64,000 nt of DNA, from the IMG/VR virus record IMGVR_UViG_3300017991_000013, positions 5,917-69,916 of that record; one strand, given 5' to 3'. The DNA comes from a virus. A program made the position numbers and the translations under genes. The notes beneath the pieces are model-generated. The model searched no databases, had not been told where the DNA came from, and saw only the letters and a list, made by a program, of their open reading frames with translations. Below are positions 27,955 to 38,300 of this stretch, piece after piece (within the stretch, counting starts at the first letter, position 1; each line of letters opens with the position of its first letter).

Positions 27955-29794
27955 GAACGTAGCGGGCCAGCTGGTCACGGTCTTCGCGTGGGATACCGCG
28001 GCCGACGCGCCCAAGACCGGGGACGCCGCGAACATCACGGCGTACCTCAGCAAGGACGGCGGCGCTGCGGCGGCGACCAACGATGTCAACCCGACCGAGC
28101 TGGACGCGACGAACATGAAGGGCGCGTATCAGTTCACCATGACGCAAGCCGAGACGAACTGCGACCTGCTCGACCTTGTTCCGGTGAGCGCCACGGCGGA
28201 CGTCGTGATCGAGATGGTGTCCATCTACACCATCCCGCTCGACGACTACAAGGCAGACGTCAGCGGACTCGCGACCTCGGCCGCGCTCTCGGCTCACGAC
28301 GCCAAGCTCGACACGGTGGACGGGGTGGTCGATGCGATCAAGGTCAAGACCGACGATCTGAACTTCAACTCCGACGTGACCAAGCTCTTGCTCGTGGACA
28401 TCCGCGACGTGAATGACGCCGCGGTCACGGGCGTCAACGACTTCAAGGCGGACGTCAGTAACCTCGACGTCGCGGTCTCGACCCGCTCTGACTTCGACGC
28501 CTCGTCGGACACGGTCGACGTGGATCGGGTTGACGGCACCTCGTTGCAGGGGAAGGTCGGACGCAACCTCGACTTCTTCTTCCAGAACTCCGGCGGCGAC
28601 ACGACCAAGGAGGTCGACGACGTCGGCGGCGGCGGTGGCACCGACTGGACCAGCGGCGAGAAGGAGAACATTCGGCAGGCGCTCGGGGTCACCGGTACCA
28701 AGAGCGCGACGAGCGGCGGCAACCTCGACGCGGTCAAGGCGGACACCGACGCGTACCTCGACGCCTCTGTCTCGACACGGGCGCTGGAGGCTGGCGGCAA
28801 CCTCGCGGCGGTCAAGGGCAAGACCGACCAGATGGCGTTCACCGGGTCCGACATCCACGCGACCCTCGTGGGCGAAGAGGTCGACATCGGCAAGGTCAAG
28901 GGCGTCGGCGTCACAGACATCAACGACTTCAAGGCCGACGTGTCGGGGCTCTCGACCTTCAACCACAACACCGACGAGGTCGATCTCGGCGAGGTCAAGG
29001 GCGTGGCGGTCACCGGGGTCGACGACTTCAAGGCCGACGTGTCCGCGCTCGCACTGCAGGCGACCCTCTCCACGGTCAACACCAAGTGCACCACGATCCA
29101 AACGAAGACCGACCAGCTCAACTTCTCGGGCGCCAACGTGCAAGCTCGCGTGGCAGACAAGGGCGTGCTCAACGACCCGAGCGCGTCGGACATCGACACC
29201 GAGCTATCGAGCAACCACGGCAGCGGAAGCTGGGAGGGCGAGGTCGCCACGAGCGTGGACCTCAACGACAACGCGAACAACAAGGACATCGTGGCGGAGG
29301 CGCTCAAGGAACGCGACGTCAGTGGCGTGAGCGGAGTCAGCGGCTCGATCTACAAGGACCTCAAGGATGTGATCGACGCCAACCAGGTCGACCTCGACTA
29401 CATCATCACCGTGGTCGACGCGATCAAGGTCAAGACCGACCAGATGAACTTCTCGGGGACCGACATCAAGGCCACGCTCGACGGAGAAGAGGTCGACGTC
29501 GGAGCGGTCAACGGGGTATCGGTCACCGGTCCCGACGACTTCAAGGCCGACGTCTCGGCGCTGGCCACCGCGGCAGCGGTCGCGACCCTGCAGTCCGACG
29601 TCACCATCGTGCAAGAGCTTCGGCAGAACCGCTTGGAGTTCGACATCACCAGCTCGCCGACGAAGGCCTACATCTGGAACACCGCGGGCTCGGCGCGCAA
29701 GTGGGAGTGCACGCTGACCGACAAGGATGGCGCGGACGTGACGACGCTGACTCGCGGACCCATCAACGCGACGGCTTGGAGCTTGGTGCCCTAG
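27947..29794 (+). CDS. repeat-rich fibre-like structural protein
   Basis: Repeated DD(F/Y)KADVS and VDAIKVKTDQ.NFSG units. Confidence 0.7.
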   Translation: MFKNVAGQLVTVFAWDTAADAPKTGDAANITAYLSKDGGAAAATNDVNPTELDATNMKGAYQFTMTQAETNCDLLDLVPVSATADVVIEMVSIYTIPLDDYKADVSGLATSAALSAHDAKLDTVDGVVDAIKVKTDDLNFNSDVTKLLLVDIRDVNDAAVTGVNDFKADVSNLDVAVSTRSDFDASSDTVDVDRVDGTSLQGKVGRNLDFFFQNSGGDTTKEVDDVGGGGGTDWTSGEKENIRQALGVTGTKSATSGGNLDAVKADTDAYLDASVSTRALEAGGNLAAVKGKTDQMAFTGSDIHATLVGEEVDIGKVKGVGVTDINDFKADVSGLSTFNHNTDEVDLGEVKGVAVTGVDDFKADVSALALQATLSTVNTKCTTIQTKTDQLNFSGANVQARVADKGVLNDPSASDIDTELSSNHGSGSWEGEVATSVDLNDNANNKDIVAEALKERDVSGVSGVSGSIYKDLKDVIDANQVDLDYIITVVDAIKVKTDQMNFSGTDIKATLDGEEVDVGAVNGVSVTGPDDFKADVSALATAAAVATLQSDVTIVQELRQNRLEFDITSSPTKAYIWNTAGSARKWECTLTDKDGADVTTLTRGPINATAWSLVP

Positions 29795-30562
29795 ATGTAC
29801 ACGCGAGCGATTCTCGGTTCGTGGCAGATCACGGGGTCTGCGTTATACCCCGACACGCCCACGGACTTCGTAGGGACCGACGACGAGAACGGGGACAGCA
29901 TCTCGTTCTCGGCGAACGTGGGCGAGACGACCGACACGCTGCGCGTGTGGTACAAGCCCGAAGACAACGAGGCGTGGTCGGCCTACGTGGACGTGACGCC
30001 GCCGGTAACTCCCTCGTTGGTTCGGTCTGGGCAGATCACGGGGCTCGACACGGGCCAGCGCTACATGCTGATGGCGATGGCCTACTACGAGGGCTTCAAC
30101 AGCATCCCGACGATGCCCATCTTCGTCTGGTGCACGGAGGGACTAAGGGTGCGACAAGAGATCAGGTCCGCCATCGCGGCGAGGCTGCTCACGTCGAGCG
30201 AGTTGGTCACTGACCTCGGCGGCGAGCACATCTACTACATCCGTCCGCCGCAGGGCGCGAACTACCCTTGCGTCACCTACTTCGTGGTCGACGACGACCC
30301 GAACCTTCGGTGGGACACCTACGGGTACATCGACCTGCTGGTGCAGATGGACGTGCACGCGGAGGGCGGCGAAGCTGCGACGGCGATCGACGGCATCGTT
30401 GACATCCTCGACAACCTATTCACACAGTGGCGTCTAGACTCGACGCACTGGAAGGGCTTGAACATGTGGAGAACGGGAGGGCGCATAGCATTTAGAGCGG
30501 AGGAACAGAAGGAGCAACGCCCACTGAGTTGGGTAATCAGAGTGGTCCGCAAGGACCTGTAA
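29795..30562 (+). CDS. tail terminator-like protein with N-terminal Fn3-like domain
   Basis: ITGL..G.RY (Fn3); IY..PPQ.A.YP.VTY and VQMDV (DUF3168-like). Confidence 0.65.
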   Translation: MYTRAILGSWQITGSALYPDTPTDFVGTDDENGDSISFSANVGETTDTLRVWYKPEDNEAWSAYVDVTPPVTPSLVRSGQITGLDTGQRYMLMAMAYYEGFNSIPTMPIFVWCTEGLRVRQEIRSAIAARLLTSSELVTDLGGEHIYYIRPPQGANYPCVTYFVVDDDPNLRWDTYGYIDLLVQMDVHAEGGEAATAIDGIVDILDNLFTQWRLDSTHWKGLNMWRTGGRIAFRAEEQKEQRPLSWVIRVVRKDL

Positions 30563-30577
30563 CGAGGAGGAAAGGGA

Positions 30578-31102
30578 ATGCCGAACATTACTGGTGGCGA
30601 CCTCAGCAAGATTCTTGCGGGGCCGTGCGAGATTTTCCTCGGGACGCCCGAGGCCAGCATCGGTCACACGCAGGACGGGGTGGAGTTCAATTACGAGCCG
30701 GACATCCGCGAGCGCAACGTGGACGCCTACGGCTCGACGCCGGTGGAGCTGTTGCTCATCGGTGAGAACATCGAGGTGACCACGCGGATCACGCAGTGGG
30801 AACTGGCCAAGCTCAAGAAGGCCATGCCGGCGGGGCTGCAGGGCTCGAACTACTTGGGGCTCGGGCGCACCGCGGGCTTCCACCTCGCGGAGAACGAGGC
30901 GGTACTGATGCGGATTCACCCGCTGGAGCAGGGAGCCGTCACCGACTACGACGTCTACCTGTGGCGCACGGTGTCCAACGCACCGGTAGCCATCGCCTTC
31001 AACAACGAAGGGGACCGGGTCTTCGAGGTCACCTTCAAGGCCATGCCGGACGAGTCGCGTCAGGAAGGTCAGCTCCTCGGCAAGATCGGTTCGCCGAGCT
31101 AA
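30578..31102 (+). CDS. major tail tube protein
   Basis: I.AGP..I, IGHTQDGV.F and FEVTF.A.PD; upstream of chaperone and tape measure genes. Confidence 0.8.
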   Translation: MPNITGGDLSKILAGPCEIFLGTPEASIGHTQDGVEFNYEPDIRERNVDAYGSTPVELLLIGENIEVTTRITQWELAKLKKAMPAGLQGSNYLGLGRTAGFHLAENEAVLMRIHPLEQGAVTDYDVYLWRTVSNAPVAIAFNNEGDRVFEVTFKAMPDESRQEGQLLGKIGSPS

Positions 31103-31141
31103 CAGTAGGAAACGAAACCCTGGAGCGCGGAGGGAAGTAGC

Positions 31142-31576
31142 ATGACAGAGGAAAGGGCCAGTCTGCCCAGGACCAAAGACCTCGACACGGTGTTGGGGAA
31201 GGTATCCGTGGGACGCCCGAGACTCAAGACCTTAACGGTCGTGGCTCGGGCATTGCAAGACGCCGACCTGGACATCTCGTTGTTGACCAAGGGCGGGGAG
31301 AAGAAGGAAGAGGGTGACGAGAGCAACGAGCCGAGCGCGGTCGACAAGCAGCTCGGCATCACCCTCGCCCTGAAAATCCCCGAGGTGCTGCCGTCGGTCT
31401 TCACCACGCTGGTGAAGAAGGACGACAAGCCCCTCACCGAGGAAGAAGCCGAGGAGCTAGAGATCGAGGACGCGATCAACATCGTGACCACGGTGGTGGA
31501 GCTTCTGGACAAGGAAGCCATCCGCCGTTTACGAGAGCAGCTCCAGCGGCTACTGAGTCGCGGCAACGCGGCCTAG
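31142..31576 (+). CDS. tail assembly chaperone (gpG-like)
   Basis: Lies between tail tube and tape measure genes; acidic and helical. Confidence 0.7.
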   Translation: MTEERASLPRTKDLDTVLGKVSVGRPRLKTLTVVARALQDADLDISLLTKGGEKKEEGDESNEPSAVDKQLGITLALKIPEVLPSVFTTLVKKDDKPLTEEEAEELEIEDAINIVTTVVELLDKEAIRRLREQLQRLLSRGNAA

Positions 31577-31899
31577 ACCCTTGGTGGTTCCAGCGCCTCG
31601 TTGACCTGTTCGGTGAAGAGTACGGCTGGACGAGGGACGACACGCTCGACCTCTTTCCAAGGGAGGCCGAGATTCTCTCGACCATCATCGACGGCCGTCG
31701 CGCTGGAGAGAAGCTGGAGCGGTTAACAGAGGCAGACTGGCCCAACCTCAAGAAGAGCGTTCGCAGCCAGATCAAGCGGAAGCTCAAGGAACGCATGGCG
31801 ACGGCTCGACCCTTCCACCGGCCGAAGTACTCGGCGGAGGTCGAGGCGCGCATGAAGGAAATCCGAGAGAAGCAGAAGAGGGAGCGGGATGCCCGGTAA
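31525..31899 (+). CDS. -1 frame extension of the tail assembly chaperone (gpGT-like)
   Basis: Open -1 frame with no suitable early start codon (…LVDLFGEEYGWTRDDTLDL…) ending TAA at 31899. Confidence 0.65.
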   Translation, partial: PFTRAAPAATESRQRGLDPWWFQRLVDLFGEEYGWTRDDTLDLFPREAEILSTIIDGRRAGEKLERLTEADWPNLKKSVRSQIKRKLKERMATARPFHRPKYSAEVEARMKEIREKQKRERDAR

Positions 31900-34800
31900 C
31901 GAAGTAGCAGGGATTTGGGGCGAGCTAGGCGCGGATGTCAATCCGCTGCTCCGTGCTGTCAGCAAGGGCGTCCAAGCCCTCGGTGTATTCGGTAAGGCGT
32001 TGCAGAAGACCCAGCGCGGTCTCGGTACGCTGGGCAAGGCTGTCGCCAAGACGGGTGCCGCTGTCGAGTCTACCGGTCGAGCTATCGGGAACGTCGGTCG
32101 CAAGGTCCGCAACACCGGGGCAGTCATCACCGCGACCATGACCGGGATCATCGTGACCACGACCAAGATGGCCGCGACCTTCGAGGAACGCTTCGCCGAG
32201 ATCGAGACCCTGCTCGGCGGTGTCTCCAGCGTTCAGATCGCGGGGATGCGGAAAGACATCTTGGCGCTGTCGGCGGACTTCGGCAAGTCGACCAACGAGA
32301 TGGCGCTCGGCTTGTACGCGACGGTGTCGGCAGGTGTCGACGCCGCGGAGTCCATCGAGTTCTTGGCGAAGGCGACGAAGGCGGCTATCGGTGGAGTCGC
32401 GTCTACCAACGAGGCGGTGTTGCTCGGGACCGGGGTCATCAAGGCCTACGGTCTACAGTGGAAGGACGCGACCCGTGTCTTCGACCTCGCGTTCCAGACG
32501 GTCAAGCTAGGTCAGACAACCTTCGCGGAACTCGCGCACTCCGTTGGGCGGGTAACGCCTATCGCAAAGGCCGCGAACATCCAGCTCGAAGAGATGTTCG
32601 GTGCGTTCGCTACGCTGACCGGCGTGACGGGTGACACCGCAGAGGTGGCGACCCAGCTACGCGCGATCCTCAACGCGGTGGTCGGGCAGAGCAAGGAAGC
32701 GACCGAGGCGGCAGCGGCACTGGGGTTGGAGTTCAACGCGGCGGCACTGGGGTCGAAGGGTCTCGGCAAGTTCCTCAAGGAACTCGCGGACTTCATGAAG
32801 GACGACGCCGCCATCGCGGCCCGCATGAACAAGATGATGAAGGGCACGGGGAAGATCAGCAAGGAGACGGGAGAACAGATACTCCTGTTGAACGACCTGC
32901 TGGGCAAGACCTTCCTCGAACGCATGGCGGTACTGATCCCGAACCAGCGAGCCATCGCCGCGGCGCTCGCGCTCTCCAACGAGCAGGCCGCGACCTTCGC
33001 CAAGAAGACCAAGGAGATGAACAAGGCGGCGGGGTCGTCGGAGGCGGCCTTCAAGAAGATGTCGAGTACCTTCTTGTTCGGCTTCCGGCAGATGGTCCAG
33101 CAGATGAAGGTCTTCGGGATTCAGATCGGTGAAATCTTCCTGCCGCACATGACGAAGCTGGTCAACGCGATTAAGAAGGTCGTGATCCGAATGCGGGACT
33201 GGGTCAAGGCCAACCGCGAAGCCATCGACACGGAGATATGGCGCTTCGTCACTCTGTGGACCACGCGGCTCAACATCTTCCTGCGGCTCTTGAAGACCCA
33301 CATCATCCCGGTCCTCAAGGAGTGGGCGGAGAAGATCGGTTGGGTCAAGCTCTCGTTACTCGCGATCCTCGGACCGATCATGTTACTCGCAGGGCTCGCG
33401 CTCACCATCGCGGCTCCCTTCATCGTGGCGTTCGGGAAGATCATCGTGGTAGTCGGGGGACTCATCTCCAAGCTCTGGTTGCTGGCGCCGATCTTCCTCG
33501 TCATCGGGAAGATCATCGCAGACGCGTGGAAGGAGGTGAGCGGTAGCACGCTGACCTTCCAAGACGTGATAAAGGGCGTCGTCGACACGTTCTTGCTGGT
33601 CCGCAAGAAGATCAAGGACGCGGTGCAGTTCATCGCGGACTGGATATTCAAGCAGTGGTTGCGAGTGAAGCACCGAGTCATCCCGATAATCAAGGACCTC
33701 GTCAAGCAAGCGGCGAGCGCGTGGGCGTGGCTGGAGGGAAGGACCAAGGAGGTCTGGGCTGCGATTTCCCTCTGGCTCAATACCACGGGGATGGACATCT
33801 GGAACACGGTCTCCGAGTGGTTCCAGAAGATCGCGGACTTCGTCATCTCGACCTCGGTGTGGTGGTTCAACGCGATGAAGCCGAAGTGGCTGGCGATCCT
33901 CGCGCTGGCGAAGCAGGTGTGGTCGTCGGTCTGGACCATCATCCAGAAGTTCTCTCGCGTTATCGGAGAACACATCCGCGAGGTGTGGACCGGGCTCTCG
34001 GAGTTCTGGGCCGAGAACGGGGACGACATCCTCGAAGTTCTCAGCATGTTCTGGGAAGCGGCCAAGCGTGGGTTCGAGCAGATGCAACGCAACATCGCTA
34101 CCGCTATCCACTGGATCATCTCGGTGTGGCGCCTGATAGAACCCGCGGTCATGTTCATCATCGACATCATGCTGTCACTGTGGCGGCACACGATGCGGAT
34201 ATGGCGAGCCATCGCTCGCGTGATCGGTGACGCGATGATGATCGTCGTGTCCATCATCCGCGGAGACTGGCAGAAGGTCGGTCGGTTCATCATCGACTTC
34301 CTCGTGTCGCTGATGTCGCTGTTCCGCAAGATGTTCTTCCCGAAGGAACTGATCGCGGACATCATGCGAGCCACCGTTCGGTTCATCATCGACGGGTGGA
34401 AGCGTATCTTCGAGTTCGTCGGGATGATCTTGCAGAAACTCTGGAACCTCGTCTGGAACACCTTGAAGAAGATGGCCAACACCATCTGGACTCTGATCTT
34501 CCCGCACAAGATCATCGCGAGTGCACTGCTCAAGGGCTTCAACCTAATCAAGGGCATGTGGGACCGAATCCTCAACTACACGAACAAGATTTGGTCCAAG
34601 GTTCGAGACAAGGTCACCAACACGCTGATGTTCTGGAAGAAGGGTTCGCCGAGAGTCACCGACGTGCTGGGCAAGTCATTGACCATGATCGGCGACCAGC
34701 TCTCGGCCTTCCAAGAGACCGTGGACATCTCGGCGACGCGGACCTTCACGACCGAGGCCGCGCTCGCTGGTGCCGGCGCCGCGGGTGCCGAAGCCGGTGG

Positions 34801-34924
34801 ACCCTCGACCGTCAACATCAACATCAAGCAGCCCGTGGACCGCTCGGTAGTTCGCAACGCGATCATACCAGAGGTGACCACGGCTGGGAGACGCGGGCGT
34901 ACCCAGTTGGGTAGAGAAGGATAG
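31889..34924 (+). CDS. tape measure protein (TP901-type core)
   Basis: 1011 aa; TP901-like core (GLY..VSAG, TVKLGQTT) then Trp-periodic helical repeats. Confidence 0.92.
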   Translation: MPGNEVAGIWGELGADVNPLLRAVSKGVQALGVFGKALQKTQRGLGTLGKAVAKTGAAVESTGRAIGNVGRKVRNTGAVITATMTGIIVTTTKMAATFEERFAEIETLLGGVSSVQIAGMRKDILALSADFGKSTNEMALGLYATVSAGVDAAESIEFLAKATKAAIGGVASTNEAVLLGTGVIKAYGLQWKDATRVFDLAFQTVKLGQTTFAELAHSVGRVTPIAKAANIQLEEMFGAFATLTGVTGDTAEVATQLRAILNAVVGQSKEATEAAAALGLEFNAAALGSKGLGKFLKELADFMKDDAAIAARMNKMMKGTGKISKETGEQILLLNDLLGKTFLERMAVLIPNQRAIAAALALSNEQAATFAKKTKEMNKAAGSSEAAFKKMSSTFLFGFRQMVQQMKVFGIQIGEIFLPHMTKLVNAIKKVVIRMRDWVKANREAIDTEIWRFVTLWTTRLNIFLRLLKTHIIPVLKEWAEKIGWVKLSLLAILGPIMLLAGLALTIAAPFIVAFGKIIVVVGGLISKLWLLAPIFLVIGKIIADAWKEVSGSTLTFQDVIKGVVDTFLLVRKKIKDAVQFIADWIFKQWLRVKHRVIPIIKDLVKQAASAWAWLEGRTKEVWAAISLWLNTTGMDIWNTVSEWFQKIADFVISTSVWWFNAMKPKWLAILALAKQVWSSVWTIIQKFSRVIGEHIREVWTGLSEFWAENGDDILEVLSMFWEAAKRGFEQMQRNIATAIHWIISVWRLIEPAVMFIIDIMLSLWRHTMRIWRAIARVIGDAMMIVVSIIRGDWQKVGRFIIDFLVSLMSLFRKMFFPKELIADIMRATVRFIIDGWKRIFEFVGMILQKLWNLVWNTLKKMANTIWTLIFPHKIIASALLKGFNLIKGMWDRILNYTNKIWSKVRDKVTNTLMFWKKGSPRVTDVLGKSLTMIGDQLSAFQETVDISATRTFTTEAALAGAGAAGAEAGGPSTVNINIKQPVDRSVVRNAIIPEVTTAGRRGRTQLGREG

Positions 34925-34927
34925 GGG

Positions 34928-35311
34928 ATGGCGAGTACGACGATCACGTTGCAGAAGGGCGCGGGCACACCGGTCTCGTTGCCAGGTCCCTCTCCCGATT
35001 ACGCGGGGCGCTCTGACCTGCACCAAGCACTCGGCCGAACGATGGACGGAACGGTTTTCGTGTATGACCACGGGGTCACCACGTACCCGGTGCGCCCGGT
35101 ACTGATCGGACTCTCGGACGCGCAGAAGTCATCGCTGGAGACCTTCTTCCGAACCGAGGTCGAGGGCATGCTGTACACCTTCACCTACACCGACACGAAC
35201 GGGGCGAACTTCACCGCGCGCTTCATCGAGGACAACCTATCCTTCGAGAAGAAGTCCAAGAACAACTGGGACGTTGCGCTTCCGATGGAACTCAACTCCG
35301 TGGTGGGGTGA
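34928..35311 (+). CDS. distal tail protein (putative)
   Basis: Follows tape measure; L..FF..V.G...FTYTD motif. Confidence 0.6.
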   Translation: MASTTITLQKGAGTPVSLPGPSPDYAGRSDLHQALGRTMDGTVFVYDHGVTTYPVRPVLIGLSDAQKSSLETFFRTEVEGMLYTFTYTDTNGANFTARFIEDNLSFEKKSKNNWDVALPMELNSVVG

Positions 35312-35314
35312 CCC

Positions 35315-38300
35315 TTGCGCTCGCTGACCGGACCAACTAACACCGAGAAGAACTCGACCTCGACCAAGCCGCGCCTCGTGGTGAGGGTCGACTGGCCCTC
35401 GCCCATCGGTACGAAGTACTACTCCGAGCAGGCGCTAACGATCTCGGGCGGCGTGGTCACCGAAGCCCGCCTCGTGTCCACCGGCGTGGTCGACATGCCC
35501 CTCAATCCCGACCAAGCTAACTCGCTCAACGTGATCTCGGACTTCTCGTTCGTCCTGCGAGACGAGGACGCGGTGATCCGCGAGTATGTCCAAGAGGTGC
35601 AGACCGAGAAGTCACCGGTCTACATCTACCAGCACTTCGTGGGCAACGCGGTGGCGGACCTCACGCTCCTCATGAAGGGCATGTTGTCGTCGCCGATCTC
35701 GAAGGACACGTCGAGAGCTACGATGCGGTTCGACGTAGAAGACGTCGTCGCTCTCTTCGAGAAGAACATCGGGACCATTGCGAACCAGAGCGACTTCCCC
35801 GACGTCTGGCGCGAGGACGAGGGCAAGATGTTGCCCATCGCCTACGGCAAGGTGCCGCGCGTTCAGTCGGTGTGCATCCAGCGAGGCTACACGACGGTGC
35901 TCGCGGAAGACATCGACGCTACGCAAGACTCGTTCCACGTCAAGAACGGCGAGCACTTCCCGCAGGGCGAGAACATAAACATCCGCGTCGGGACCGAAGA
36001 GATGCGCGGTTCGTTCGACGGGGTGAAGTTCACCGCGATCCAGCGACCGCGACGCGTTCACGAAGCACAGACCACGCACCGCTGCGGCGGCGCTCGAAGG
36101 CTACGCGACTTCCGACTACCCGTGGACTTCCCCACCGACAACGAGTTGAAGGGCTATCGGGTTCGGCTCTTCATCTTCGGGTTCTCGGTGCGGCGTACCA
36201 TCATCGCGTACGACGCGAGGCTCGGCGTCATCAAGGTCGACCGACCCTTCTACAAGGAACTCAACCCCTTCATCGGCGAGCGCGTGCCTCGCGGCGCCAC
36301 CTACTACATCGAGACGCCGACCTCGAAGCACTCGCGCGGCGAGATCGTGGAACACGTCCTGCCCTCGGGGATCGTCTACGCCTGCAACGACGCACCCTCG
36401 CGTTCCATCACCAACATCGAGGTGCGGGCGCAGTTCAAGATCGCGGCAGCTACCTCCGACGAGGTGAAGCAGGAGGAGACCGAGAATCGGTTCACGCCGA
36501 TCAATCCGTCGGACTACGTCGTCAAGCTGAACGACACCTCGTGGGGTCTTGGACACGGGATCACCACCATTCGGTTCAAGCGGCCGCTCGACCTGATCGA
36601 ACCGAACATCGTCGAGGATGGACTCTGGGTAACCTTCAAGGCCACCGTCGATGGGTCGAACAACTTAATCGAAGACCCGGACAAGGTGACCTATGACCTG
36701 CTCACGCGACACGCTGGGGTCTCGGCGAGTGACCTAGACCTCGCGAGCTTCAACGCGGTCAACCCGCTGGTCAATCACCTCGACATGGCGTTCGCTCTCC
36801 ACGAGACCAAGAACGGTCTCGACGTCGCGGCGGACCTAGCGTTTCAGTCGAGGTCCGTGCTGGTCTGGGAAGCGGGCAAGGGCTATCTCCGCTACCTGAC
36901 CAACTCGCCCGCTGCGGCGGCGACCTCGACCGTGGACCAAGACGACATCCAGCTCACGACGCCGCGTCTCAGTCTCACCCCGGTGGAACAGCTGTTCACC
37001 TCGGTCTATGCGAGGTACACCGATGACGACGACACCAAGTTCGTGGTGGTCGAAGACACGTCGGCTATCTCGGCGTATGGTCGAATCCAGAAGCGTGTCG
37101 AACTGTGGGCGTACCAGACTCGAAGCTCGGCCGCAGAGATCGCAGCGTTCTGGCTCAAGCGGTGGGCGTTCGTCTACGAGTGGTTGCAGGTCCGCACCTT
37201 CCTCACCCGCTTAGAGGTGCAACGCCTCGACACGGTCGAGATGGATGCGGGCGACGTGGTGCCGAGCGGGGTTAAGGGTATCGTCGAGCACGTCAAGCAG
37301 TCTCCCGGGTCAGGGACCTCTGGGCAGATGGACCTCATCGAGTTGGAGGTCCGCCTACCTCGCGGCCCCGGGTGCGACACCTCCCTTTGCGAGATTTGTC
37401 AGGCGACCTGCGAGACAGGGCAGGAGACCTGCGTAGCGTGCGAGACCGGGGAAGCCTGCGCGTATTGCGACTCGTGTCAAGACTTCCACGAGCTGTCGGG
37501 TGGCTGCGGCGTGGTCACCGAGTCCGCGGGCGACGGCGACTGCACTTACTCAGAGGGATCGCCCTGCACTTCGCAGTGGGGTTGCGGGGTCACCGAGCAA
37601 GGTGACGGGGACATCTGTCAAGACTGGGAACAGAACCACTGCACCGACACGTGCATGATCTCGTGCGAGCCTTGGCGCGAGACCGGCTGGGACGACTCCA
37701 TCGACTACTGCCCGACCGACACCGGTATCTGCGACTCGATCATGTGCTCGGTCGACGACGTCTTCCACGACACCGAAGACGATCCCAACTGTGGCGAGAC
37801 TTGGTGCGGGCTGACCGAGACCAACTGCGCCGACTCGGTGCAGGCTGAGGGTTGCGGCTGGCTCTGCGAGTCGGTCGAGACCAACGACGAGGAGTGGTAC
37901 GACGATAAGCTCAACGTCGGGTTCGAGCAGCCGACGCAGGTGACCGACGGTGACCGCGAGTCAGACCTCTCGTACCCGTTCTACATCTGGGCACAGACCG
38001 ACTCGCTCGGCGTGCGCGGCCGTCCAACCAAGGGCGCACCGCTAGAGGTCTTCAACCGCAACATCGAGTGGCACCACTCCGAGGTTCCGGAGGACAACGG
38101 GCTCTACGTGACCGACAACATCGTGGGCACCGACCTCGGGTTGAGTTACCTCGAGGGCCAGATCTTCCCGACGTGGGAGACCGACGAGGCCTACATCACC
38201 GACGTGTCGCAGGCTTCACCTTCTGCTGCACAGAAGAAGGGCGACACGACCAAGGTGGCTCGCTCGAACCACGAGCACGGGTTCGATGGGTCTGCCTTCG

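Noticed and set aside
13396-34575. Long minus-strand ORFs (e.g. 13396..14940, 18155..20515, 33121..34575)
   Set aside because: Antisense shadows of high-GC3 plus-strand genes with no recognisable motifs
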